Assembly (NCBI GenBank): GCA_963789955.1
Contig: CAWBMV010000022.1
Coordinates: 320,001 to 384,000 of the forward strand
Direction: 5' to 3'
Length of the DNA: 64,000 nt
Origin: an uncultured Candidatus Rokubacteria bacterium
GTDB lineage: Bacteria > Methylomirabilota > Methylomirabilia > Rokubacteriales > CSP1-6
Of this stretch, positions 39,489 to 48,975 are shown in pieces (the stretch's first letter is position 1; each line of letters begins with the position of its first letter). Under the pieces are notes generated by a model. That model was not told the origin of the DNA and did no database searches. It saw only the letters and a program-made list of their open reading frames with translations. The position numbers and the translations under genes are program-made.

Positions 39489-40682
39489 CTAGGTCGATCC
39501 GTCAGCCGCCAGCGCGTCGATCTGCGCCGGCGTGTACCCCAGCTCTTTCAGAATCTCCTGGCGATGCTGGCCGAGCAGGGGAGCCGCCGAGATCTTCGTC
39601 GGCGAAGCGGAGAGCTTGATCGGATTGCCGGCGGTGATGTAGCTCCCGCGCACCGGGTGCGAGACCTCGACGATCATGTCGCGCGCGTGCAGGTGAGGAT
39701 CGGCCATCACCTCGCCGGTGTCGAGGCACGCGCCGCACGGGATGCCGGCGCCGGCCAGGGTCTTCATGACGTCGTGCTTGGGGCGCTTGGACGTCCAGTC
39801 CTCGACCAGCGCGTCGACCTCGCTCTTGTGCTGCCAGCGGGCCGCGGCCGTCTCGTACCGGGCATCGCCGATGAGGTCGGTCCGGCCGATCGTCTTCAGG
39901 AGCGTATGCCAGAACTGCTGCGGCACGAACAGAAACACGTAGTCGTTCTGGCCGCCGGGGTGGCAGCGATACGTCGTGCCCGGCGCGCTGACGCCCAGCT
40001 GGTTGCCGGTACGCTGACCGGGTTTCCCGGTGCGCTGATGGTCGCGCAGGCTGACGCGGATCAGATTGACCACGGCGTCCTGCATCGAGACCTCGACCCG
40101 TTGCCCTTCGCCCGTGGTGTGCCGCTGCATCAGCGCCGCGAGAATGCCGACGACGCAGTGCATGCCGGTGCCGGAATCGCCGATCGACGGCCACACGTAG
40201 GTCGGCGGATTGTCGGCAAAGCCGGTGACGCTCATCGCGCCGCCCATCGCCTGCGCGATCGGCTCGTAGCTCTTGTAGTCGGCGTACGGCCCGTACGAGC
40301 CGAAGCCCTTGATGCTCGCGTAGACCAGCCGCGGGTTGAGCTGCTTGACCGCCTCGTATCCGAAGCCCAGGCGCTCGAGCACACCCGGACCGAAATTCTC
40401 GAGCAGCACGTCACCGGTCTTCAGGAGGGCGCGGAACACGTCCTTCGCGCCGGCATTCTTCAGATTGAGCGGGAGGCTGCGCTTGTTGGCGTTGAAAGAC
40501 AGATAGAAGAGGCTGTCCGCGTCGGGCCGATCCGCGTGCATCTGCCGGGCCGGGTCGCCCTTGCCGGGCTCCTCCACCTTGATCACGTCCGCGCCGAACC
40601 ACGCCAGCAACTGCCCGCACGAGGGGCCCGCCTGATTGTTCGTGATGTCGATGACTCGAATGCCTGCCAGCGCTCCGCTCAT
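39489..40682 (-). CDS. Family III CoA-transferase, formyl-CoA transferase-like
   Basis: AGPSCGQLLAWFGADVIKVEEPG, DADSLFYLSFNANKRS, SIGDSGTGMH (catalytic Asp). Confidence 0.9.
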   Translation of the reverse strand: MSGALAGIRVIDITNNQAGPSCGQLLAWFGADVIKVEEPGKGDPARQMHADRPDADSLFYLSFNANKRSLPLNLKNAGAKDVFRALLKTGDVLLENFGPGVLERLGFGYEAVKQLNPRLVYASIKGFGSYGPYADYKSYEPIAQAMGGAMSVTGFADNPPTYVWPSIGDSGTGMHCVVGILAALMQRHTTGEGQRVEVSMQDAVVNLIRVSLRDHQRTGKPGQRTGNQLGVSAPGTTYRCHPGGQNDYVFLFVPQQFWHTLLKTIGRTDLIGDARYETAAARWQHKSEVDALVEDWTSKRPKHDVMKTLAGAGIPCGACLDTGEVMADPHLHARDMIVEVSHPVRGSYITAGNPIKLSASPTKISAAPLLGQHRQEILKELGYTPAQIDALAADGST

Positions 40683-41671
40683 AGGGCAAACACCTTTTTG
40701 AGAAATGTTTTCACGTCCTCGGGCGACTTCTTGCGCCCTTCGCTGTCGCCGCCGACCATGACGCCCCGTTCCTGGCAGCCGCGCTCGTAGCTCGCCGCCG
40801 AGCGCGTGATGTCCTCGCCGCTCGCTCGGACCGTGACGGCGAACCGGTCCAGGTCGAACAGCATGTTGCAGTTGCGGCCGGTGACGACGTTCTTGGCGCG
40901 AACTGGCGGCCGGATCGAGTCGAAGTCGTGATAGGCGTTCCCGTAAACGACGGTCGTGACGTCGACGCCCTTCGATTTGAACCACTGTCCGTACTCGCGG
41001 CACGGCGCGGCCGGCGTGCAGTCGTCGCGCCCACCGAGCAGCATCAGGATCGGACCGCGCGTCAGGCGCTCGGTCACCTGCCAGCCGTTGCACGCCGGGT
41101 AGAGCGGCACGTGCGCCGCGAACTTCGTCTGGTCCTCGATGACGGCGGCTCGATACGACTCGAACTCGGTCCAGAGCGCGACCTGGCCGCCCTTCGAGAA
41201 GCCGATGACCCCGATGCGCTGGCGATCGATCTTCGGGTGCGTCGCGAGCAGCTTGAGGGCCGTAAACGCGTCGGCCACGTTGGCGGCGGTCGAGAGCTGC
41301 GTCTGATCGGTCGCCGTGTCACGGATGTTTCGCGGCGTGAAGCTATCGACGATGAAGGCGGCCACCCCGATGTCGTTGAGATGGTCGGCCCACCAGGACT
41401 CGCGGTCTGCGACACCGGCGCTACCATGCGCGATCACCATGGCCGGAACCGGGCCGGTCGCCTTCTTGGGTACCTGCAGGGTGCCGAAGATCACGGTCTT
41501 CTGCGTCGCCTGGCGCTTCGCCAGCTGGAAGAAGCCCGTCGGCGTCAGGCTCTCGAAGTAGATCTTGCCGGTGCGCCCGTCGGCGAGATCCTGGACCGGA
41601 GGGTCCGCCGCCGTCGCTGTCCCGGCGACGAGCAGGATCAGCAGGCTCAACCGTATGGTGATGGCCCTCAC
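40679..41671 (-). CDS. Dienelactone hydrolase family protein (exported)
   Basis: GTG start overlapping the upstream stop; signal peptide; HGSAG, GFSKGG nucleophile elbow, RDD, AYHDFD. Confidence 0.85.
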   Translation of the reverse strand: MRAITIRLSLLILLVAGTATAADPPVQDLADGRTGKIYFESLTPTGFFQLAKRQATQKTVIFGTLQVPKKATGPVPAMVIAHGSAGVADRESWWADHLNDIGVAAFIVDSFTPRNIRDTATDQTQLSTAANVADAFTALKLLATHPKIDRQRIGVIGFSKGGQVALWTEFESYRAAVIEDQTKFAAHVPLYPACNGWQVTERLTRGPILMLLGGRDDCTPAAPCREYGQWFKSKGVDVTTVVYGNAYHDFDSIRPPVRAKNVVTGRNCNMLFDLDRFAVTVRASGEDITRSAASYERGCQERGVMVGGDSEGRKKSPEDVKTFLKKVFAL

Positions 41672-42558
41672 GCCACGGCCGGCGGCGGGGCCACGACGTC
41701 TTCGTAGCGATGGCGCTTGGTGATCAGCCCCGAATGCTGGAACACGTCGAGCGCGACCTCGAAGGCCGGACGCGTGATCTCGACGTGGGGCGACCAGCAG
41801 CCGAGCTTCTGATAGTAGGCGATAGTCGAGGTGAGGACCGCGCGGTCGATCTCCGGGAAGAAGGCCGACTCGGCCTCGGCGACCTTGGTGGCGGGTGTCA
41901 TGATGAGCCAGGCGCGCGACTTCCGGTACGCGCGCATGAACCGGCGGGCCATATCGGTGCCGAGCCATTCGCGCGTGGCCGCCAGGCTCGAGAACGCGCA
42001 CGGGCCGATCGCCTCGCCGACCGAGGCGACGACGTGGCCGGCGCCGTCGTGCTCGAGCTGCTGCGGGGCCGGACCCTGCTGGTGGATGTAGTCGCCCTGA
42101 CCCTTGCGGAACGCGCCGTCCATCTGGGCGCTCGGCACGTCGACCGCGTTGATCGCCTTGTAGTCGAGGCCGCGCTTGTGGCACGCGTACTTGAACATCG
42201 CGAGCGGCTGGCCGCCGTGGTCGACCAGCACCTGCTTGCCCTTGAGCTTGTCCCAGCTGAACTCGGGATCGGCGGCGCGGCCGGTCAGGAAGAAGCCGTC
42301 CTTCTCGTTGATCTGGGCGAAGTGGACCGCCGGCGGCGTCTGACCCTTTTCGAGCGGCCCGAAGCCCTGCGACGGGGCCGACTGGCAGACGTGCACGGTC
42401 CCGGCCACGACCCCGTCGATGGCCGACTTGCCGACCGGCGCATTGGAGTGCTTGGGCTGCAGGCCTTCTTCCTTCAAGAACCCGCCGGCGATCGTGGCGA
42501 TCAGCGGCGAGTAGAACGCCGAGAAGCGCGTGAACTGGATGTGGATCTCTTCGCTCAA
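41668..42558 (-). CDS. NMT1/THI5-like substrate-binding protein (no signal peptide evident)
   Basis: FSAFYSPL, DGFFLTGR, FSWDKLKGK; no cognate permease nearby. Confidence 0.7.
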   Translation of the reverse strand: MSEEIHIQFTRFSAFYSPLIATIAGGFLKEEGLQPKHSNAPVGKSAIDGVVAGTVHVCQSAPSQGFGPLEKGQTPPAVHFAQINEKDGFFLTGRAADPEFSWDKLKGKQVLVDHGGQPLAMFKYACHKRGLDYKAINAVDVPSAQMDGAFRKGQGDYIHQQGPAPQQLEHDGAGHVVASVGEAIGPCAFSSLAATREWLGTDMARRFMRAYRKSRAWLIMTPATKVAEAESAFFPEIDRAVLTSTIAYYQKLGCWSPHVEITRPAFEVALDVFQHSGLITKRHRYEDVVAPPPAVA

Positions 42559-42588
42559 CGAACCCTCCTCAGGGGCGGCTGGTGAGAC

Positions 42589-42653
42589 ACAATCGCGCTC
42601 CGCGGCGGCGGAGTCAAGCGGGCTTGACCCGCGCTTCGTCCGCCCCGTAGAAT
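42589..42653. promoter_or_regulatory. Back-to-back sigma70-type promoters
   Basis: + strand TTGACC(42624)-N18-TAGAAT(42648); - strand TTGACT-N17-GATTGT; the -35 boxes form the dyad GTCAAG-CGGG-CTTGAC. Confidence 0.6.
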
Positions 42654-42668
42654 TCCGCTACTCGACTC

Positions 42669-43877
42669 GTGAAGCCCGAAGATCTGCCGCTGGCCGGCGT
42701 CACCATCCTGGATCTGACCCGCGTCCTGGCCGGACCCTACTGCACGCGCTTGCTCTGCGATCTGGGCGCCCGCGTCATCAAGATCGAGCGCCAGGGCGAG
42801 GGCGACGACATGCGGCGCAACTATCTGCAGCTCGAGCCCGGCCGGGCCGATCAGAGCAGCTACTTCACCCGGGTGAACGCCGGCAAGGAGAGCGTCAGCG
42901 TCGACCTCGCGCGGCCCGAGGGCCAGGCGATCGTGCAGGACCTGGCGACGAAGGCCGACGTGGTCGTGGAGAACTTCATGCCCGGGGTCGTGGCGCGCTT
43001 GCGGTGCGACTACGCGACGCTGCGCGCCCTGAAGCCCGACCTCATCTATTGCTCGATCTCGGGCTTCGGGCAGACCGGCCCGTGGCGCGCGCGCCCGGCC
43101 TTCGCCCACATCATCAACGCGGTCTCGGGCCTGATGCATCTCGAGCAGGGCGACGAGCCCGCGCCGCGCACGTCGAATCTCCAGGCGGCCGACGTCCTGG
43201 CCGGCACGCACGCCGCGGTCGCCATCCTGGGCGCGATCACGCGCAAGGCGCGCACCGGCCAGGGCGCGCACCTCGACGTCTCGATGCTCGAGGCCCTCGT
43301 CGCGGCCGACAGCGTGACGTACGCCGCCGTCCTCAACGGCGGCCAGGAGTTCGGCAACCCGCGGCCGGGCATGATCGTGGCGCCGATCGGCGATCGCTAT
43401 CTCGCGATGCAGTTCACCGGGTCGGGCGAGCTCTGGCCGCGTTTGCTCTCGGTGATGGGCCGCCCCGAGCTCGGGCGCGACCCGCGCTTCGACACCGCCG
43501 AGAAGCGGCGCACGAACTGGCGCGAGCTGCGCCCGATCGTCGAGTCGTGGCTCGGCACCTTCGCCTCGGTCGAGGACGCGCGCAAGACCTTGTCGGAGGC
43601 GCGCATCCCGTGCGCGCCCGTCCTGAGGCCGGCCGAGGTGATCGCCGAGCCGCACATGGCCGAGCGGAAGTTCTTCCCCGAATTGCCGCATCCCGGCCGC
43701 GGCACGGTGCGGGTGACGGCCAGCCCGTACCACATCGACGGCGAGCCGGTGCATCCGCGGGGCCCGGCCGCCTATCGCGTCGGCGAGCACACTCGCGCGG
43801 TGCTCGGCGATCTCCTCGGCTACCCGCCCGCGCGCATCGCCGAGCTCGCGCGCAACGGCGTCATCGACGCTCCCTGA
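42669..43877 (+). CDS. CaiB/BaiF family III CoA-transferase
   Basis: LDLTRVLAGPYCTRLLCDLGARVIKIE, NAGKES, ENFMPG, SISGFGQTGP, AADVLAG. Confidence 0.9.
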   Translation: MKPEDLPLAGVTILDLTRVLAGPYCTRLLCDLGARVIKIERQGEGDDMRRNYLQLEPGRADQSSYFTRVNAGKESVSVDLARPEGQAIVQDLATKADVVVENFMPGVVARLRCDYATLRALKPDLIYCSISGFGQTGPWRARPAFAHIINAVSGLMHLEQGDEPAPRTSNLQAADVLAGTHAAVAILGAITRKARTGQGAHLDVSMLEALVAADSVTYAAVLNGGQEFGNPRPGMIVAPIGDRYLAMQFTGSGELWPRLLSVMGRPELGRDPRFDTAEKRRTNWRELRPIVESWLGTFASVEDARKTLSEARIPCAPVLRPAEVIAEPHMAERKFFPELPHPGRGTVRVTASPYHIDGEPVHPRGPAAYRVGEHTRAVLGDLLGYPPARIAELARNGVIDAP

Positions 43878-44000
43878 GGCGACTCGCTGGCTCGACTCGT
43901 GCCCGTGGTACGCCAGCCCAAGTAGAGCGCGCCGAGTAGACGGCGGCGTGTATCGCTGGTACCACTGAAAATATGCGAGTGAACGCGAGCTCGCCGGGAG
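43870..44000. repeat. Nested inverted-repeat element (structured RNA or MITE/REP-like)
   Basis: Nested stems CTCCC/GGGAG, GGCGA/TCGCC, CTCGC/GCGAG, ACTCGT/GCGAGT, GTGGTAC/GTACCAC and an inner GCCG/CGGC hairpin. Confidence 0.55.
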
Positions 44001-44030
44001 GCGGCGCGCTCGCGGTGAAGGAGAGACGCG

Positions 44031-44183
44031 ATGATTCGCAAGCTCAGCTCCGGAGGATATCGACTCTATTCGCGCAAGCGGAATCCGAAGACGGGCAAAC
44101 GCCGCAACCTGGGTACGTTCCGGACGCGACGCGCGGCGGAAGCGCACGAGCGCGCGGTCCAGTACTTCAAATCCCGCGGCTGA
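44031..44183 (+). CDS. Small basic hypothetical protein, 50 aa
   Basis: SD AAGGAG; MIRKLSSGGYRLYSRKRNPKTGKRRNLGTFRTRRAAEAHERAVQYFKSRG*. Confidence 0.8.
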   Translation: MIRKLSSGGYRLYSRKRNPKTGKRRNLGTFRTRRAAEAHERAVQYFKSRG

Positions 44184-44240
44184 GCCTGGCGGCCGGCGCC
44201 CTGCACGCGCCCCACTCGCGCTCGACATACGATCGGGGCG

Positions 44241-45122
44241 ATGAGGCTTCGTGAGCTCGCGACTGCGCTCGCGCTGTGCGTCGCCGTGGCGGGCTGCGCC
44301 TCGACGCTCTCCGGACCGTCGATGGCGACCAGCACACCCAACGGCACCTCGGAGCAGATCCCGATCGAGCTCGTGAAACCCGACGGCGCGGGACCGTTTC
44401 CGGCCGTCGTGATCATGCACGACTGCAGCGGCCTCGGTTCGCGCTCGAGCGGCGCTCCCGGTCGCTGGGCGAAGGAGCTGGTGGGACGGGGCTACGTGGT
44501 GCTCATGCCCGACAGCTTCTCCACGCGTGGCCATCCCGACGGCGTGTGCACCGACTCGTCACGGAGCCGGGACGACGTGAGCCCCGGGCGTCGCGCGCGC
44601 GACGCCTACGCGGCGCTCGCCTATCTGAGGGCCCTGTCCTACGTCGACGGGGCGCACGTCGGGCTCATGGGCGGGTCGCACGGGGGATCCACGACCTTGA
44701 CGTCGATGATCGCCCCGGACAGCGACGCGGATCTCCTCGCGCGGGAGAAGCGTGCGGGCTTTGCCGCCGCGGTCGCGCTGTATCCGGGGTGCGTGGCGTC
44801 GCGCCGAACCTGGACCAACACCGGTGTGTACCGGCCGGTCGCGCCGCTGCTGATCTTGATCGGCGACAAGGATGACTGGACGCCGTCGGAGCCGTGCCGG
44901 AAGTTGACCGACGCCGCGCAGCAGGCGGGCTACCCGGTGACGATCAAGATCTACCCGGGCGCGTACCACTCGTTCGACAGCTACAGCCCCGTGCGCTACG
45001 TGGCCGCCCGCGTCAACCTCAATGCGCCGGGTGGCCGCGGTGCGACGACGGGCGGCGACCCCGCGGCCTGGGCCGACAGCATCCGCGAAGTCGTCGCCTT
45101 CTTCGGCCGCTATCTGCGGTAG
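44241..45122 (+). CDS. Dienelactone hydrolase family lipoprotein
   Basis: VAGC lipobox, GPFPAVVIMHDCSG, GGSHGG, DDWTP, YPGAYHSFD. Confidence 0.85.
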   Translation: MRLRELATALALCVAVAGCASTLSGPSMATSTPNGTSEQIPIELVKPDGAGPFPAVVIMHDCSGLGSRSSGAPGRWAKELVGRGYVVLMPDSFSTRGHPDGVCTDSSRSRDDVSPGRRARDAYAALAYLRALSYVDGAHVGLMGGSHGGSTTLTSMIAPDSDADLLAREKRAGFAAAVALYPGCVASRRTWTNTGVYRPVAPLLILIGDKDDWTPSEPCRKLTDAAQQAGYPVTIKIYPGAYHSFDSYSPVRYVAARVNLNAPGGRGATTGGDPAAWADSIREVVAFFGRYLR

Positions 45123-45160
45123 CGCGTCACCGCCGGCGCGTCCGCGCTCGCCGTCGCACG

Positions 45161-46489
45161 TCAGCGCGCCATCCGACGCATGATCGGCGAGGTGCTGCCG
45201 GCGTTCGGCTCGGCGGACACCGTCACGGCCTCTCGCAGTCTTGCCGCCGCGGTCTCGGCCTCGGTGGTCGAGCGCGCGTGAACGATCGCGATCGGTCGAT
45301 CGCGGTCGACTGAGTCTCCCACGCCGCGCACGTCGGCCAGCCCCACCGCCGGATCGATCGTGTCCTCGACGTGCCGGCGGCCGCCGCCGAGCTCGACCAC
45401 GATCAACCCGAGCGATCGAGCGTCCACTCGCTCCACGAACCCGGCGGCGTCCGGCGTCACGGCCACTTCGACCGGCGCCCGCGAGAGATGGCGCTCAGGG
45501 CGCTCGACGAGATCGCGCGGGCCGCCGAGTGCTGCGATCATGCGCGCGAAGCGCTCGGCCGCCGCGCCCGAGCTCAGGGCTTTGTCCACCGCAGCCGAGG
45601 CGGTGGCGAGATCGCGAGCCAACCCGCCCAGCACCAGGAGCTCGCTCGCCAGGGTGGTCGTCACGGTATAGAGCCGATCGTCGCGTCGTCGTCCCGTGAG
45701 CACGCCGATCGCCTCGTGCACCTCGAGGGCGTTGCCGACGTCATGACCGAGCACCTGGCTCATGTCGGTCAGCAGCGCCGAGGTGCGCAGGCCCGCGCCC
45801 TCGGCCACCGCGAGCAGGCTCTCGGTGAGGTCGATCGCCGCCTCGATCGAGGTCGCGAATGCGCCCGAGCCGACCTTGACGTCGATGACCAGCGCGTCGA
45901 GCCCGGCCGCCAGCTTCTTCGAGAGGATCGACGCGGTGATCAGCGGAATGGAGTCGACGGTGGCGGTCACGTCGCGAATCGCGTAGAGCCGCCGGTCGGC
46001 CGGAGCGAGATCGGCCGTCTGGCCGACGATCGCGCAGCCGGCTTCGCGCACGGCGGCGCGGAAGCGGGTGAGGTCGGGCGCGACGTCGTAGCCGGGGACG
46101 CTGCTCAGCTTGTCGAGCGTGCCGCCCGTGTGACCGAGGCCGCGACCCGAGACCATCGGGACCACCCCGCCGCACGCCGCCACGACCGGCGCCAGGATCA
46201 GGCTCACCTTGTCGCCGACGCCGCCGGTGGAGTGCTTGTCGAGAATCGGACCATTCCTGTCCGACCACGCGAGGACCGAGCCCGAGCGCGTCATCGCCCG
46301 CGTCAGCGATGCGCACTCCGCGCGCGTCATACCGCGGAAGTAGACGGCCATCGCGAAGGCGGCGATCTGGGCGTCACTGACCGAGCCGTCGACGATGCCG
46401 GCGACCAGGGTGGAGATCGCCTCGTCGCTGAGGGGTGCGCCGTCTCGCTTGCGGCGGATCAGCTCCGCCGCAATCCCACGAGCCGTCAC
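45161..46489 (-). CDS. deoA: Thymidine / pyrimidine-nucleoside phosphorylase
   Basis: DKHSTGGVGDK, SGRGLGHTGGTLDKL, RDVTATV, SILSKKLAAG; GTG 46489 overlaps the upstream stop. Confidence 0.92.
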   Translation of the reverse strand: MTARGIAAELIRRKRDGAPLSDEAISTLVAGIVDGSVSDAQIAAFAMAVYFRGMTRAECASLTRAMTRSGSVLAWSDRNGPILDKHSTGGVGDKVSLILAPVVAACGGVVPMVSGRGLGHTGGTLDKLSSVPGYDVAPDLTRFRAAVREAGCAIVGQTADLAPADRRLYAIRDVTATVDSIPLITASILSKKLAAGLDALVIDVKVGSGAFATSIEAAIDLTESLLAVAEGAGLRTSALLTDMSQVLGHDVGNALEVHEAIGVLTGRRRDDRLYTVTTTLASELLVLGGLARDLATASAAVDKALSSGAAAERFARMIAALGGPRDLVERPERHLSRAPVEVAVTPDAAGFVERVDARSLGLIVVELGGGRRHVEDTIDPAVGLADVRGVGDSVDRDRPIAIVHARSTTEAETAAARLREAVTVSAEPNAGSTSPIMRRMAR

Positions 46490-47553
46490 AGACCCTCGAA
46501 CACGTCGGACCACTCCTCCAGCATCTCCGGGTAGCCGTGCCGGACGGTGAGGCCGACGTGGTCGAATCCGGCCCGGCCGAGCTCGCGGATCCGCTCGCGC
46601 AGCTCGGCCTTGCGCGCGGTGAAGGTGGTCGCGCGAATCAGCTCGGCCGTGCAGATCGCCTGCTCCTCGGGGCGCAGGAACATCAGGTGCCCGCGATGAT
46701 TGCTCAGGTACCGCGCGTCTTCGGGCTCGTAGCCGAGGTAGATCTTGCGGTACTGCTCGAGCAGCGGCGCGAGGCTCGGCGGCAGCGGCCGTCCCAGATC
46801 GCCGAACTGATCGCGCTCGACCAGGTTGTGGAGCGCGATCGTCGCGGTCGGCCCGGCGTGCGCCTTGGCCCGCGGGCTGTCGCTCGCCTCACCGTCGGCG
46901 AGCACACACCCGGCGATCGCAGCGGTCGCGACGAGCCGGGCCGGGTCGCGGCCGGCGTCGCGCCAGGCGGTCTGCATGTCGCCGATGGCCGAGGCGGCAT
47001 GGTTCACGTTGGAGGTCGCGTGGATGAATCCAGCCCCGAGCTTGGCCGTGAGCCGTCGCGCGCGCGGCCCCATCGCCGAGACGTGAACGGGAATCGGATC
47101 CTCGATGTTGATGGCCCCGATCTCGGGATTCAGAAAGCGGATCTTGCGGCGCTTGTCCTCGAAGGTCCACTCGAGCGTCTGGCCCGCGAGCAGGCCGGAC
47201 ACGACGCGCACGTACTCTTCCATGTCGGCGAGCTTGACCGGCCGGAGCCCGAGGGTCCGCCGGGCGGTGAAGCCGGTCGAGATGCCGAAATCGATCCGGC
47301 CGGGCGCGAGCGCGTTGAGCGTGGCCAGCCCGCTGGCGGCGACGGGCGCGATGCGGTTCGACGGGATCAGCACGCCGGTGCCGAGACGGATCTTCGTCGT
47401 CTGCATGGCCGCGGCCGCCATCGAGGCGAAGAGCTCCGAGTTGAGGAGCTGCGTGTCGTAGAACCAGGCGCGGCGAAAGCCGAGCGCCTCGGCGCGCTTC
47501 ACGACCTTCCACGAGTCGGCGGCGGGCGCCAGGAAGATGTCGAATTCCATCAC
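46486..47553 (-). CDS. LLM-class flavin-dependent oxidoreductase
   Basis: AEALGFRRAWFYD, TTKIRLGTGV, ATLNALAPGRIDFGISTG. Confidence 0.88.
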   Translation of the reverse strand: MMEFDIFLAPAADSWKVVKRAEALGFRRAWFYDTQLLNSELFASMAAAAMQTTKIRLGTGVLIPSNRIAPVAASGLATLNALAPGRIDFGISTGFTARRTLGLRPVKLADMEEYVRVVSGLLAGQTLEWTFEDKRRKIRFLNPEIGAINIEDPIPVHVSAMGPRARRLTAKLGAGFIHATSNVNHAASAIGDMQTAWRDAGRDPARLVATAAIAGCVLADGEASDSPRAKAHAGPTATIALHNLVERDQFGDLGRPLPPSLAPLLEQYRKIYLGYEPEDARYLSNHRGHLMFLRPEEQAICTAELIRATTFTARKAELRERIRELGRAGFDHVGLTVRHGYPEMLEEWSDVFEGL

Positions 47554-47580
47554 GGCTCTCCAGGGATCATTCGCACGGTC

Positions 47581-47994
47581 TCACGTCGGACGGTTCAAGG
47601 TATTGGGTCCAAAGGCCATCGGCAACAGCTCGCCCAGGGTCGCGGTGAGCCGGACACCGTCGGGCCCACACAGGTGAACGCGCGTCGTCGCGCTCGCGAA
47701 CTCGGCGAGCTGCTGGCGGCAGCGCCCGCACGGCGGACACGGCTCCATGCCCTCGGTCACGATGACGACCTCGACAACCTGGCGCTCGCCCGCGGCGACC
47801 ATGGCGCCGATGGCGGTGGCCTCGGCACACTGCGTGACCGGATACGACGCGTTCTCGACGTTGCAGCCTGCGTAGAGCTGCCCGCTGCTGGTGCGAATGC
47901 AGGCGCCGATCCGAAAGCGCGAGTACGGCGCATGGGCGTTGGCGAGCGCCTGGCGCGCGAGGTCGAGCATGGGTTCGAGGGGCTCGGAGCTCAT
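47581..47994 (-). CDS. cdd: Cytidine deaminase (homotetrameric type)
   Basis: APYSRFRIGA, GCNVENASY, CAE, PCGRCRQ. Confidence 0.93.
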   Translation of the reverse strand: MSSEPLEPMLDLARQALANAHAPYSRFRIGACIRTSSGQLYAGCNVENASYPVTQCAEATAIGAMVAAGERQVVEVVIVTEGMEPCPPCGRCRQQLAEFASATTRVHLCGPDGVRLTATLGELLPMAFGPNTLNRPT

Positions 47995-48965
47995 CGTTCC
48001 TTCACGTAGGGCACCCCGATCGCGCGCGGCGCCACGGCGCGTCCGACGAAGCCGGCCAGCAGCAGGACCGTCAGGACGTAGGGGATGGCCTGGATGAGCT
48101 GCACCGGCACGACGCCCACCAACGGCAACGGCGTACCTTGCAAACGCGCCTGCACGACGTCGGCGAAGGCGAAGAGCAGACAGGCGCCGAGCGTCGGCAC
48201 GGGGCGCCACTGTCCGAAGATCAGCGCGGCCAGCGCGAGGTAGCCCTTGCCGGCCGACATGTCGCGGATGAACGACGCGTTGTGCGCGATCGAGAGATAC
48301 GCGCCCGACAGTCCGCAGAGCACGCCGCTCGCCGCCAGCGCCCGATAGCGTACGCCGGACACCGAGATGCCGGCGGTGTCGACCGCGCCTGGACTCTCGC
48401 CGACGGCGCGCAGGCGCAGGCCGAAGCGGGTCCGGTAGACGATCCAGGCGACGGCGGGGACGGCCACGGCGGCAATGTACACGAGGAGGTTGTGGCCGCT
48501 CAGGACTTCGCGATAGATCAGGCCGAGGCCCGGAATCGCCCCGAGCGCCGCGACGCCCGGAAGCTCGATCGGCGCGAAGCGCGCGCCGGGACCGAGCAGG
48601 GGAGTCTGCCCGCCTTCATGGAACCACGCGTAGCCGAGCACGACGGTCAGTCCGGAGATCGTGATGTTGAGCGCCATGCCGGAGACGACCTGGTTGCCGT
48701 GGTGCGTGATGCAGGCGAATCCGTGCACGAGCCCCACGAGCACCGCCGCGGCGATTCCGGCGGCCAGCCCCGCCCACGCCGAGCCGGTGACCGCCGCCGT
48801 CGCGGCCGCCGCGAACGCCGAGGCGAGCATCTTGCCCTCGAGCCCGATGTCGACGATGCCCGAGCGCTCGGCGAAGAGCCCCCCGAGCGCCGCCAGCACC
48901 AGCGGCACGGCGCCGCGCGCCGTCGCCGCCGCGAGCAGCGCGATCAGCAGCACGCTGTCGCTCAC
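47991..48965 (-). CDS. Nucleoside/sugar ABC transporter permease II
   Basis: ERSGIVDIGLEG, FGLRLRAVGE, GYLALAALIFGQWRP, PYVLTV. Confidence 0.9.
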   Translation of the reverse strand: MSDSVLLIALLAAATARGAVPLVLAALGGLFAERSGIVDIGLEGKMLASAFAAAATAAVTGSAWAGLAAGIAAAVLVGLVHGFACITHHGNQVVSGMALNITISGLTVVLGYAWFHEGGQTPLLGPGARFAPIELPGVAALGAIPGLGLIYREVLSGHNLLVYIAAVAVPAVAWIVYRTRFGLRLRAVGESPGAVDTAGISVSGVRYRALAASGVLCGLSGAYLSIAHNASFIRDMSAGKGYLALAALIFGQWRPVPTLGACLLFAFADVVQARLQGTPLPLVGVVPVQLIQAIPYVLTVLLLAGFVGRAVAPRAIGVPYVKER

Positions 48966-48975
48966 GCGCTGGTCG

